Part shown: positions 9,244 to 19,698 of the stretch, in pieces
Layout: the number at the start of each line of letters is the position of its first letter
Numbering within the stretch: the stretch's first letter is position 1
DNA from: Longimicrobiales bacterium
GTDB lineage: Bacteria; Gemmatimonadota; Gemmatimonadetes; Longimicrobiales; Gaopeijiaceae
DNA length: 64,000 bases
Reading direction: 5' to 3'
NCBI GenBank assembly: GCA_965238005.1
Contig: OZ250165.1
Coordinates: 320,001 to 384,000 of the forward strand
The notes under the pieces: model-generated
Databases searched by the model: none
What the model saw: the letters and a program-made list of their open reading frames with translations, nothing else
Told to the model about the DNA's origin: nothing
Made by a program: the position numbers and the translations under genes

Positions 9244-10404
9244 ATGGGCAGACACGCCAAGAAACTCACTGCCGCCTTCGTGCGGAGCGTCCGGGAACCG
9301 GGGCTGTATTGGGACGAGCACGGCCTCGTGCTACGGGTCAAGCCGTCCGGCTACAAGCAGTGGAGCCAGCGGCTGTTCATTCACGGCAAGCGCAGGGAGT
9401 TGGGGCTCGGTTCGGTCCGCCTCGTGACGCTGGCCGAGGCCAGGGACGCCGCGCTCGCGAACCGCAAGGTGGCCCGCGCGGGCGGCGATCCGAGGACGAA
9501 GCGGCACAGTTCAGTGCCGACGTTCGAGCGGGCGGCGGCCAAGGTCTTCGCCATGCACCGTCCGACCTGGACCGACAGGCACGCGGGCCAGTGGATGGCG
9601 ACGCTGCGCACCTATGCGTTTCCCGGGATCGGGGGGAAGCGGGTGGACCGGATCGCGCCCGCCGACGTCATGGGGGTGCTGCTTCCGGTCTGGAACGGGA
9701 AGCACCAGACGGCCAAGCGGGTCCGTCAGCGGATTTCGACGGTGATGCGGTGGGCGATCGCGCAGGGCTACCGCGTGGACAACCCCGCGGGCGATGCGAT
9801 CGGCGCCGCGCTGCCGAGGCCTCCGCGCGTCCAGAAGCACTACAAGGCGCTGCCCTACCGGGAAGTGGCCGGGGCGATTGACGCGATCCAGCGATCCGAG
9901 GCAAGGGTGACGGTGCAGCTGGGCTTCGAGTTTCTGGTGCTGACGGCCTGCCGGTCGGGCGAGGTGCGTGGGGCTCGCTGGGAGGAGGTCGACCTGGAGG
10001 GCGGAGTGTGGACGATCCCGGCGGAGCGGATGAAGAGCCGGCGGGAGCACCGGGTGCCGCTGTCGGCGCGGGCGCGGGAGATCCTGGCCGAGGCGAAGGC
10101 GCACGCGCCTCGTTCGGAGTGGGTGTTCCCGTCCGCGCGGGGGCTGGTGCTGCCGAGCTTCGAGTTCGCGGGCCTGCTCAAGGCGCTCGGGATCGCGGCC
10201 GTGCCGCACGGCTTCCGGTCCAGCTTCCGGGACTGGACGGCGGAGCGCACCGACTCGCCGCACGCTGTCATGGAGGCGGCGCTGGCGCACGCTGTCCGCA
10301 ACAGGGTGGAGGCCGCCTACGCCCGCTCGGACCTGTTCGAGCGCCGCCGCGTCCTGATGGAGCAGTGGGCGGGCTACCTGGCTGGCGAGCGTCGACACGC
10401 GTAG
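9244..10404 (+). CDS. P4-like tyrosine integrase with arm-binding domain
   Basis: GKRRELGLG, LTACRSGE, HGFRSSFRDW, LAH..AY catalytic residues. Confidence 0.93.
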   Translation: MGRHAKKLTAAFVRSVREPGLYWDEHGLVLRVKPSGYKQWSQRLFIHGKRRELGLGSVRLVTLAEARDAALANRKVARAGGDPRTKRHSSVPTFERAAAKVFAMHRPTWTDRHAGQWMATLRTYAFPGIGGKRVDRIAPADVMGVLLPVWNGKHQTAKRVRQRISTVMRWAIAQGYRVDNPAGDAIGAALPRPPRVQKHYKALPYREVAGAIDAIQRSEARVTVQLGFEFLVLTACRSGEVRGARWEEVDLEGGVWTIPAERMKSRREHRVPLSARAREILAEAKAHAPRSEWVFPSARGLVLPSFEFAGLLKALGIAAVPHGFRSSFRDWTAERTDSPHAVMEAALAHAVRNRVEAAYARSDLFERRRVLMEQWAGYLAGERRHA

Positions 10405-10598
10405 GCCGGTGCCCAGCCGCCGAGGGGCGATCCGTTGAGGCCCGATCCGAGGCCGATCCACGGCTGGCTCATGACCCCTTAAGGGTCACGAGCCAGGATA
10501 CCCCGCAGATTGTCACAGATTTGTATGTTTCTGTGACCGTTGAGCTTACGGGATGCGGTGGCCCGGTTCCCTCCGAATGACTCCCTCCGATTGGGATC

Positions 10599-11759
10599 TC
10601 AGGTACGAACCCTCCGGCGGCTCTCCAAGGCCGTCCGAAGCTGTCCCTCATCGGCCTGCTGATAGCACCTCAGCACGGTCTGGGCGCTCTTCCAGCCGCC
10701 AAGCTCGCAGAGCACCTTGAGCGGCAGATCCATCAGGTCCGTCGCAAACTTCCGCCGCAGCGAGTGCCAGCCCCGGCCCGGCTTCGGCTCCAGTCCCGCG
10801 AGGGCTTGCGCCTTCTTCCACCACAGATAGGCGGAAACCCGGCTCATGCACCTCGTGGCATCCCTCGACGACGACAGCACCGGGCCATTCGTGGTCCCCT
10901 GGCTCATCCTTCGCGCTTCTTCCAAGGCGGCGAGCGCCTCGGCGGTCAAGGGCGTGGTGTGTTCGTAGCCCGTCTTCTCGTGCTTCGCCCTTCACCGGAT
11001 GGTCATGCCCTCGAAGTCGATGTCCGACCACCGAAGCTTGCGGATGGCACCGATCCGGTGTCCCGTCTCGTGCGCGAGGACGAGGGCGACGTGGAATCGC
11101 CAGTTTACCGTGCGGGACACCTTCACAAGCGCCCGGTACTCCTCTTCGTTGAGGACGACGCGGGTCGGGTTCTTCTCCCTGGGCTTCCTAAGGCCCTTCA
11201 GCGGGTTCCTGTCGAGGAGCAGCCTTCCTCCTTCGTCCCTCGACCTCGAAGCCCAGTTGAGGACAGCCATGAGGAACGTCAGGTCCCATTCGATCGTCCG
11301 GTTGCCCACGGGCTCGCCCGATAGGCCGACCCTTCCGGCCCGTCGCGCCCGGATGAACCGGTCCCAGTCGCCCTGCGAGAGCGTCACCGGGTCTCGGTCC
11401 CGTCCGAAGAAACGGAGGAACATCGCAGTCGCAACCCGGTCGCGCCGCCGGGTGCGCTCGCCCTTGGTGGGCGTCACCTCCTCACCGTAGATGTCAAAAA
11501 GCGTTCCCAGGGTGAGCGGCTCGGGCTCGGCGTTTTTCTCGCCGTTCAGCTCCGGCCCGGCGAAGCCCGCGGCGAACTCGTCCGCCTGCCGCTTCGCCTG
11601 CGTCCATTCGCGGTGCTTCAGCGACCTGGTGAGCCTGCACCCGTTCTCGCGCCACTCCATCTGGAACAAGCCGGTCTTGGGATCGGGAAAGACCCGGACC
11701 CGGTTCCGGCCCCATTCGCCGGCGCTGTAGCCGCGCCGGCTTCGTTTCGTGCGTGCCAT
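10599..11759 (-). pseudogene. Second tyrosine recombinase with one in-frame TGA at 10992-10994
   Basis: ETGHRIGAI..TIR*RAKHEKTG..WHSLRRKFAT..GGWKS..Y; both listed ORFs are in the same frame. Confidence 0.85.
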
Positions 11760-12417
11760 CATTCGATTCCTTTTTCGATGATGGACTGCACGATCTGCGC
11801 GTTTGAAACGTCGCGTCGGCGGGGCTTCTCCGCCAGTCGCGGCTCGGCCGGTCCTGCGCCCTGTTCAGCCGCGCGGAAGGCGTTGGCCCGGACCCGAATC
11901 GGTGCGCCCGATGCCGATCCACGAGTGCCCATGGCACTTTGGGGGTGGCCGGACACGAAATCGCGCCTGCGATGGGCACGCCGCCGATTCCGCATGTCGC
12001 TGGCGCGCTTTCGGTTGCGCCACGGCCAGCGAAGCGCGGATGCCGATCCGCGCTCCTTGGACGTGGATGGGAGCGACCCCCCATCTCGGCATGCCTCGAT
12101 CGGCATCGGGAAGGATGGCGATGTGCATCCCCATCCTCCCCTCCGCCGCGGGGTCACTCCCAGCCAGCGATCCTTTGCAGGAAGGCCATGGAGCGCCGCT
12201 TCGAGAAGACGGACTACTGCGCGGGGGAATGCCAAAGGCCGGGCAGCCCGCTCGTCACGGCGTCCGTTGTTGTCGGCCCGTTTTCCCGTGCCGTGCCCGG
12301 GAACGGTGCCGCGAGCGCCGGACGATGCTCCTCGGCTCGACGGACGGGCGGTCGTCGCGCGGATGAATCGCCGCCGTCAAAGCGGCACCCAACCGCCTTC
12401 CCGCAGGGATATTTCGC

Positions 12418-12512
12418 GGGGAGCGACCCCAGCAGGGGGCGGGGGCGGGCGTGTGAAAGCGCGCACGCCCCCGCCCCCGAACCAGGCCCCTGTGGCCCTG
12501 GGGTCGCTCCCC
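12418..12512. repeat. Long nested GC-rich inverted repeat
   Basis: Perfect 15-bp outer IR GGGGAGCGACCCCAG/CTGGGGTCGCTCCCC enclosing GGGGGCGGGGGCG..CGCCCCCGCCCCC. Confidence 0.8.
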
Positions 12513-12899
12513 TCCACGGCCCGAGTGGCCAGTACGCCACGGCCGACCGCGCGGCGGGGCCGCAAGACGTTGCCGCGCCGCCCGATAAGCGGGAAGGCCG
12601 GTGTGAATCGCCGAAGCGCCATAGTGTGCATCGACCCCCCGTATCTCATGCACACCCCAATACGGCTCTAAGTCGGGGCGCAGGCTGCCGTCCAACCAAC
12701 TCCGGGCGAACTGCATTCCTTGCCCACCGCTGCCCGCCGTGCTCCGCACGCAACCCCGGTCGGCTGCCATGCCCGCCTCCAACACGGAATGGGGTTTCGT
12801 GACGGCTCGGGCGACGGCGGCCAAGTCGGAGTCCGAACGGCCGGTCGGCCAATCGGTCGGACGATCCACGGCAGGCACTACCGCGTCCGTAGCGATCAA

Positions 12900-13166
12900 G
12901 TTTCGACGGGCCGGCCGAGCCGCTGCCGCGCGAGAGAGACCTAATGTCATCGTGACCGGGGCTCCGGATGGTGGGCAGCGCCCGGAGCATCCGCTCGATG
13001 ACGACCACGTGGGCGACGACCTCGACTGCCTCGGCCGCCGCCTCATGGCCGACCGGCGCACCAGATCCGACAGCGTCAAGCCTGCCGAGCACGCCTTCGC
13101 GTGCCACTCGACACGCTCCGCCTCGTTGGCGCGGATCTTCACCCAAACGGCGCGCCTAGCGCCCAC
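12900..13166 (-). pseudogene. mobC: Degenerate mobC (ribbon-helix-helix) plus start of a relaxase
   Basis: VKIRANEAERVEWHAKACSAGLTLSDLVRR; frameshifted AVEVVAHVVVIERML; IRSLSRGSGSA resembles MOB-P relaxase starts. Confidence 0.6.
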
Positions 13167-13179
13167 GGCGCGCCGTTGC

Positions 13180-13270
13180 CGTTAGGGGGGTCACAGGGGG
13201 CACAGCCCCCCGCCAGCCCCGCTCGGGGACCCGCGAAGCGTGGCCCCAGCGGGTATGCTGCCTCTCCCGC
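13180..13270. promoter_or_regulatory. Possible oriT region
   Basis: GGGGGCACAGCCCCC hairpin and GCGAAGC hairpin next to mobC, resembling ColE1-type bom regions. Confidence 0.35.
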
Positions 13271-13320
13271 CTTAGACGCGGCTGACGGGCTCGTCCTCGG
13301 CCGCTGCGAGCGCGCCCGAA

Positions 13321-13623
13321 TCACCGAAGCGGACCGGCCTCGGGCGCCTGCCGACGAGCCCCGAAGGTCTCGGCCTCTCCGCACGCGCCGGCCCGACCGC
13401 CCTCGAACCGGCGCTCGGCGATCCTCTCGCGGATCCACCCGTCCACTTCCGCCTTGACCCAGCCCACGGCGCGCGCGCCCAGAGCGACCGGCCGGGGGAA
13501 TCGCCCCTCGGCCAGCCGCACATAGATCGTGCTCCGCAACAGCCCCGTGCGGCCCTGCACCTCCGGCAGCCGCAGGAAGTGGGTCGGCGGGTTCGTTCTC
13601 TGTTCCATCGGGTTCTCGGTCAT
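13321..13623 (-). CDS. alpA: AlpA-family regulator/excisionase
   Basis: FLRLPEVQGRTGLLRSTIY..GRFPRPVALGARAVGW. Confidence 0.9.
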   Translation of the reverse strand: MTENPMEQRTNPPTHFLRLPEVQGRTGLLRSTIYVRLAEGRFPRPVALGARAVGWVKAEVDGWIRERIAERRFEGGRAGACGEAETFGARRQAPEAGPLR

Positions 13624-13901
13624 CGTCCTGCTCCTTCCTGGCTTCTCTTCTCCCGCTGCATCGGTCTCCGGTGTCGCAGGCGCCGAGGCGGATCCCGCGC
13701 ACCGCAGGACGCCCCGTCATACTCCGAGATGAACGCCAGCACCCGATCCGCCGTCCTCAGCGACGGCGAGCGTCCACGGCTGGTCTGGCGCACCAGGTTC
13801 GGGTCGCCCAACGCCTTCAAGCCGAACGTCGTCGGACTCACGCCCGTGCGCCCGAGGAACGCACTCACCCGTGACTTGAACTGCTGCTCCAGCGTCTCCA
13901 T
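13620..13901 (-). CDS. Small Cro-like HTH protein
   Basis: AFLGRTGVSPTTFGLKALGDPNLV..GRSPSLRTADRV; stop overlaps the alpA start. Confidence 0.7.
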   Translation of the reverse strand: METLEQQFKSRVSAFLGRTGVSPTTFGLKALGDPNLVRQTSRGRSPSLRTADRVLAFISEYDGASCGARDPPRRLRHRRPMQREKRSQEGAGR

Positions 13902-14228
13902 GCCCCTAACGGTGAAGGCACAAAAACAGGAATGTCAACCATTGGGAAATCTCCCAATTGCTTGTAGTGGCTAGAGATAGCCAGTAAGGCGACTGACCCG
14001 TCCGGTTGCGCCGCCAGCGGCATGGAAGGACGCCCCCGCAGCGCTCGCCGGAGGCCCCGTCAAGCGCATGGAGTTCGACAGGGAGGCCAGCCCGGACACG
14101 GCCCATTTGGCATCGTCCACCCGCAGTGGCGGACTTCGGTTGCGGGGCATCCGGGGGCTTCGAGAGCGTCGCTCCGAGGAGGACGACGTGATATCGATTG
14201 CTCGATTCATGACGCGGAGGGAAAAGCC

Positions 14229-14495
14229 ATGAAGAGTCTGCCCGAGCGGATCATGGAGCACGCCGAGGCCATGCCGGAGGCCACGCCGATCTGCCCGGCC
14301 GCCCTGCTTCACCTCGGCCAAAGGGCCGCAGTGGGTCAGGCGCTCTCTCGCCTGGCCCGTTCAGGCCGGCTCATGCGGATCCGCCAAGGGGTCTACATGC
14401 GCCCGATCGAGTCCCGCTTCGGGCAGTGTGCGCCGGGCATCGAAAAGTCACCCCAAGCGCTTTCGGAGCTCTGGGGCGAGAGGATCGTCCCGAAC
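14229..14495 (+). pseudogene. AbiEi-like (DUF6088-type) antitoxin, truncated
   Basis: LHLGQRAAVGQALSRLARSGRLMRIRQGVY..SRFG; cut at IVPN. Confidence 0.75.
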
Positions 14496-14524
14496 GCGAT
14501 TAGGCCGCTAAGCCCATAACTTGG

Positions 14525-14665
14525 TATTGCGTAGAAAATTTCGCGCTTCAGTAGCTCGTTTCTGAGCGTACCGTTGAAGCTCTCGTTGTAGCCGTTCTCC
14601 CAGGGGCTGCCCGGCTCGATGAATAGCGTCTTCACGCCGAGATCTCCCAGCCAGCTGCGAACCAC
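14525..14665 (-). mobile_element. IS3-family integrase-core fragment
   Basis: LFIEPGSPWENGYNESFNGTLRNELL. Confidence 0.85.
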
Positions 14666-14689
14666 CCGTGAAGGCCGGAGAACACCGGG

Positions 14690-15635
14690 GCGGAGGCGCC
14701 TCGAAGCGCGTTGGCCTAGTCGCGACCAACTCCATCCGGGGTGGAGCGACCCGCAGTGCTTTGGAGAGGGCGACCGGCGGCAGCCCGATCTTCGACGCCT
14801 GGAGCGACGAGCCGTGGGTGATCGATGGCGCGGCCGTGCGCGTCCCGCTGGTGTGTTTCTCGCAGTCGGACGACGAACTCACGCCGGAGCGTCGGCTCGA
14901 CGGCGAGACGGCGGACGACATCTACACCGATCTTACGGCGCGGCGGGGCGGGGCCGGCGTCGATCTGACGAAGGCGCGGCGCCTCGCCCGGAACGCAGGC
15001 GTGGCCTTCATGGGCGACACCAAGGGCGGTCCGTTCGACGTTCCGGGCGACCTCGCCCGCGAGTGGCTTCGAGAGCCCGCGCGAATCCCAACGGTCGGCC
15101 CAACTCGGACGTGCTCGCGCCGTGGATGAACGGTATGGCGATCACCCGCCGCCCCGCCGACAAGTGGATCGTCGATTTCGGCTGGACGATGGAGTCGGAG
15201 GAAGCTGCCCTGTACGAGGCTCCTTTCCAGCACACCCAGGAACACGTCTACCCGATGCGACAGGGAAATCGGCGCGAGTCCTATCGCCTCAACTGGTGGC
15301 GGCACGTCGAGCCGAGGCAGGGCATGTGGAAAGCTCTGGACGGGCTGGCTCGGTACATCGTCACACCCACCGTCGCCAACACCGACTCTTCGCGTGGCTC
15401 GACGCCCGTGTCTGCCCTGACCATCAACTGATCGTCATCGCGCGCGACGACGACACCACGTTCGGGATCCTGCACAGCCGGTTTCACGAGGTGTGGTCAC
15501 TCCGCATGGGCACTTGGCTCGGCAATGGCAACGATCCGCGCTACACCCCCACCACGACCTTCGAGACCTTCCCCTTACCGGAGGGACTCTCACCCGACGT
15601 GCCCGCCAGCGACTGCCTCACGGATCCACGCGCGC
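14690..15635 (+). pseudogene. MmeI-like (type IIL/IIG) restriction-methyltransferase, internal fragment with two frameshifts
   Basis: GLVATNSIRGG, DAWSDEPWVIDGAAVRV, WIVDFG, FGILHSRFHEVW, DPRYTPTTTFETFP spread over three frames. Confidence 0.85.
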
Positions 15636-15643
15636 ACTGCGGT

Positions 15644-16219
15644 TCAACAGGTCACATCGCGGCTCGGGTCTTCCCTGAGCATTACCGTCAGGGCGTCTCG
15701 CTCTGCCGCGTCCACGTACATCCCGTACTTCTGTTTCACCGCGACGATGCGGGCTGCGTACCAGCCGTGATTGTACTGGGGCCGCCACTCGGCTGCATCC
15801 TTGTCGGACTTCTGATTCCGGTTCACGGTCGGTGCCGCAATGGTCAGGTTCAGAATGTCGCCGCCGAACTCTCGGTAGCGGGATCTGGCAAGACCGGATT
15901 CGTATGCTTCGGCTAGCGCCACGATGTGTTCGATGTCCGTGGCGGCGGTGCCATCAGTCCGGATGTCGTACAGGGTGCACGTATACGGTGTGAAGACTTG
16001 CCTGCCGCGCTTTGGCTGGCTGGCTATGATTTCATCCTCCAGGGCGCCGTAGGCCGATCCGAAGGCGTCCCGGTCGTAGCCAGCCCGTGGACCCTCGGGC
16101 TGTACCGTCAGGCCCATCCATGTCGGTGGGGTGCTTGTGAGTCCAGTATTGGGGGCGCAGGCCGTGACTAGAACCAGAACCAGGAATCGGGTCCACCGAG
16201 TCGTGAACGCGCCTATCAT
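15644..16219 (-). CDS. Exported lipoprotein with HNH (DUF1524-type) nuclease domain
   Basis: Lipobox LVTAC; DIEHIVALAEAY, LNLTIA..VNR.QKSDKDAAEW. Confidence 0.8.
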   Translation of the reverse strand: MIGAFTTRWTRFLVLVLVTACAPNTGLTSTPPTWMGLTVQPEGPRAGYDRDAFGSAYGALEDEIIASQPKRGRQVFTPYTCTLYDIRTDGTAATDIEHIVALAEAYESGLARSRYREFGGDILNLTIAAPTVNRNQKSDKDAAEWRPQYNHGWYAARIVAVKQKYGMYVDAAERDALTVMLREDPSRDVTC

Positions 16220-16548
16220 GGCTTCCCCTTACCAGTCGTGCTTCAAGGTAGGTCCCACTCGTTGGTCAGCGTCCTCAGTACTCAAGCCCGCTGGCCGCGT
16301 CGCACAGGTCCGAGGAGAGCCTATGCCGTTTGCGAATCAGCCAGTACAAGGCGACCTCCTCCGGCACTCCGTCGTGCGGTTCCATCGTCGCGGCCGATCA
16401 CCCGCCCGCCGAGATGGGTCCGAAAGAGCGTCTCCTCCGGAGCCCCGACGCATCCCTCGAGCGCGGCGTTCCCGGAGTCGCCGTCCCGGAAGGCTGCGAG
16501 CGCGGCCGCCCGGGTCTCGAGCGCGTTCACTTCGGAGAGCGCCGGCCG

Positions 16549-16850
16549 CTAGAACCTGAGCTCCCCCCGGAGGCGCATCGCGTGCTCCGGCCCAAGGTCC
16601 ACACTCTCCCTTCGCCCGAACTCGAGGCCGACGCCGATCGTCCGGTCCGAGCTGAGCTTCAGGCCGAGCCTCGTCTGCCCGGAATCGTCGGCGACGAAGT
16701 AGGGATACCAGAGCGCTCCGCTCCCGAGCCCGTAGCCGACTTCTGCGTCGAGACGTTGCGCGAAGGGCATGCCGCCCCCGCGCACGAGGCCGCTCGCGTT
16801 CTCCAGCGCCCACAGGTTCCGGATGCCGCTCGCCGCCGCTGACCTGCCCC
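16549..16850 (-). pseudogene. C-terminal beta-barrel fragment of an autotransporter-like surface protein
   Basis: RLDAEVGYGL..RLGLKL..LRGELRF with terminal Phe; no 5' portion. Confidence 0.6.
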
Positions 16851-16930
16851 CAAGAGCGGTACCACATCCTATGTTAGTCCCAGCACCTGTGGAGGGCCGT
16901 GAAGGACGGGCATCCTCAGGAACCAGGGCG

Positions 16931-17236
16931 ACGGCTTAATCGAGCGCTTCCACCGCACGCTCCTCGACGAGCACTTGAGGGTGAAGGGCCGCACCACCTG
17001 GTACGAGACCGTCGAGGAGATGCAGCAGGACCTCGAGGCGTATCTGGAGACCTACAACCGGAAGCGGCCGCACCGCGGTCGAGCCATGGAGGGCCGCACG
17101 CCCTATCAGGTCTTCAAGGCCGGTCTCACCGACGCCAGGAAGGCCGCCAAGGCCAGCAAGGAGGAGGCTAAGACGAAGGCAGCCTAGACACAGCTCCGGC
17201 GAGGGCCAACTGTCAGGTCATTACCATCTCTGTACA
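16931..17236 (+). mobile_element. IS481-family 3' remnant, near-identical inverted copy of 25106-25410
   Basis: Same transposase C-terminus; right end TGTCAGGTCATTACCATCTCTGTACA. Confidence 0.9.
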
Positions 17237-17250
17237 GGCTGGCGACGTTA

Positions 17251-17314
17251 TCAACAGGCCCCATCAGTCCCGTATAAGTATTCCAGCCGCCGCCGCTTCG
17301 TGCCAATTACCAAA
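17251..17314 (-). pseudogene. Displaced 3' end of the lipoprotein gene at 27012-27630
   Basis: Joining at the TTACCAAA duplication restores ..NYNLVIGTKRRRLEYLYGTDGAC followed by TGA TAA. Confidence 0.85.
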
Positions 17315-17425
17315 GGGTCATGCCTAGCTGAACCTCTCTGAATGAGGTATAAAGCTACGCATGGCAATGAAAAACAAGTACACAAGGCGTTCAAGGATTT
17401 CTGAGGCCAAGATCCGCGAGATCGT
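17315..17425 (+). mobile_element. IS1595 left-end remnant
   Basis: Matches the element starting at 25041; encodes MAMKNKYTRRSRISEAKIREIV, then homology stops. Confidence 0.9.
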
Positions 17426-17530
17426 GGAGCGCTCGGTCCGTCGCGGCGAGGGAGATCCCGAGCTCGCCGACACCCTCCGAGAGCAGGTTGAGGAGCCGCA
17501 CCGTGTGAGCGACAGGCCGGTAACGAGCAG

Positions 17531-18970
17531 TCACACCGCCAACCATCCCGGCACGCCGGGGCCGGCCGCGAAACGGCGCGCCACCCGTCTCGGCGAGATC
17601 GCCAAGGCCGCGCCGGAACTCTCCCCCGTCACCTCCGGATCGATCTCCGAGGCAGCCCGTAGGCCCGACTGGAGGGCTCCCTGCATCCACCCCCGCTCCC
17701 CCGAGGCGTGCTCGCCAGCGAAGTGAATGCGGCCCTCGGGCGATGCCAGTTCCGGATGCTCCTCGAACGGCGGATCGTGAGGGGCGAAGGCCGCCCCAAT
17801 CCAAGGCTGGTGCTCCCACGCGAAGTAGGTCCCGCGCTCCGCGACCGCGCTCGAGCCCGGGAAGAAGCCGTCGAAGTGATCGATGAACTCGGGAACGATG
17901 GTGCCGGGCTCCATCGCCGCGACCGTGCGCGCCATGTCTCCGAACATGTAGGACATGAGAAGTCCCCGAGGCCCCTCCTGGTTCCAGGTGGGATGCCAGA
18001 ACTCCCAGAACCCCCCCACTAACGACAATCCCCACCCGTTCAGGCCGTGGCCCTCCCAGATTCGGTCCGCATACTGAACGTAGACACGGGTGACGTCCTC
18101 GTAGGTAAGGGCTTCGAAGGCCGCTCGCTTCTCCTCCGAAAGGGTGGGTTCGAACACGATCTGGTCGATCACGGGGAGGGGGACGGTGCAGATGAGGTAA
18201 CTGCCCTTCAGCTCCTCCGTGGAGGCGCCCGTTCCGTTGGTGACCAGCACCCCGGAGTCCTCCTGGACGACCCTCGTCACTGGCGAGCCATACCGCACAC
18301 GGTCTCCGAGCGCTTCGGCGAACGCCATCGGCAGGACATCGGTCCCTTCCGGCATCTTGACCCACGTATCCCGCCCCCCACTGAGGAACACGTCCGGAGT
18401 CTGCCTGAGGGGATCGTCACCCTGCGCGAGAACGATCAGGTACTCACCTTCCTGGGGATAGAACGGCGATGTCTTGATGCCGAAGTGATCGATGTAGCCG
18501 AGCGTTCGATCGTGGTCGGGTGGGATCCGGGCGGGGCCAGTTTCGGCGATTAGCCCGTCATCGAAGGGTTCGCGAAGTGTCCGCGCCCGGCCACCGGCTT
18601 CGTTTCGTGCTTCCAGGACCCTGACGTTGTGCCCTGCCCGGACCAACTCGTAGGCGGCGACGAGCCCGGACAGACCGGCACCCACCACGATCACGTCGAC
18701 TGACTGCTCTTCGACGTCAGGGCCGTTCCTGCCGTCCCCAATGTCGCTCGGTCCCGTCCCGTCGCTCGGTCCCGTCCCGGTGTCCGAGCAGCCAGTGGAT
18801 CCCAGGGAGAGAGCGGCCAGAGCGCCACCACCCTGGATGAGAAAATTCCGGCGGCTGACAATTCGCGAGGCACCCAGTCGCACGATCCGTGCATCGCCCG
18901 ATCCGGAGGAGGGCAACGGAACAACCCTGGTTATCATTGTCTTTTCCATGTCTTTTCCATGTCGCTTCAT
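17531..18970 (-). CDS. Flavin monoamine/L-amino-acid oxidase family protein, probable Tat lipoprotein (start uncertain)
   Basis: SRRNFL..GSTGC signal; [31 protein letters not shown]. Confidence 0.88.
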   Translation of the reverse strand: MKRHGKDMEKTMITRVVPLPSSGSGDARIVRLGASRIVSRRNFLIQGGGALAALSLGSTGCSDTGTGPSDGTGPSDIGDGRNGPDVEEQSVDVIVVGAGLSGLVAAYELVRAGHNVRVLEARNEAGGRARTLREPFDDGLIAETGPARIPPDHDRTLGYIDHFGIKTSPFYPQEGEYLIVLAQGDDPLRQTPDVFLSGGRDTWVKMPEGTDVLPMAFAEALGDRVRYGSPVTRVVQEDSGVLVTNGTGASTEELKGSYLICTVPLPVIDQIVFEPTLSEEKRAAFEALTYEDVTRVYVQYADRIWEGHGLNGWGLSLVGGFWEFWHPTWNQEGPRGLLMSYMFGDMARTVAAMEPGTIVPEFIDHFDGFFPGSSAVAERGTYFAWEHQPWIGAAFAPHDPPFEEHPELASPEGRIHFAGEHASGERGWMQGALQSGLRAASEIDPEVTGESSGAALAISPRRVARRFAAGPGVPGWLAV

Positions 18971-19698
18971 CCGGTTGGAATGAGACTTGCCCGCTGCTTC
19001 GCAGCCCTCACTTGTGACTCCCCAGCAGGAGGAAGGCCCATCTTATCCGATAAGGCCCTCTCCAGATACCTGTCGACAGCAATGAGACAACGGGGAATCA
19101 TAAATTAGTGAGCAGGCTGCGGTGTCGGGCCCGCAGCTGGTGGATTGATCCAGACCTCCGTTGAGAGAGGCTGGGGCTTAGGTGATTCGGGATCTTCAGG
19201 ATCGGGCTCTAGTTCATTAAGGTTAAACGGCGGGCCGAAAACGACACGTCTAAACCTTGTGTACTTTGGCATGATAACCTGCAGATACCGCGTTCATCAC
19301 CTCACCGACCATCCGCTGAGCGGCGATTGATAGTTCCTCATGAAGAGGGAACGCTTTAGCCAATCGGCCGTGTCAACTCCGGCGCGGGTGGGTTCGTGAG
19401 ACGACCCAACTCCTTCCTCAGCTTTCCGAGCGTGGGGTTCCTCGAAGCGCCAAGTGGGTTTCCCACGAAACTGGTGGACATTATTTCCTCGCTGTAGTGG
19501 TCCTGCACGGCTTTCATGGGTATAGGGCGGGTCGATGCGCCGCAATTTTGGACCCGAAGCATTGCTTCGTGACGAAGCGCCGTTCCTTTCCAGGTGTACG
19601 AAGACGCCCGGCGGCATGCGGCGGCGCATGGACTGCCCCCGATCGACCGCAACTCGGCCCGCCGCAGTTGGCTCACAACCCTACCTGTCCGCCGGCGC

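Noticed and set aside
10992..10994. TGA at a likely Trp codon as evidence of genetic recoding
   Set aside because: Many intact genes here end in TGA and use TGG for Trp; a single nonsense mutation is simpler.
19020..19690. ORFs or an IS end between the oxidase and the surface-protein gene
   Set aside because: No recognisable motif, RBS or partner repeat.
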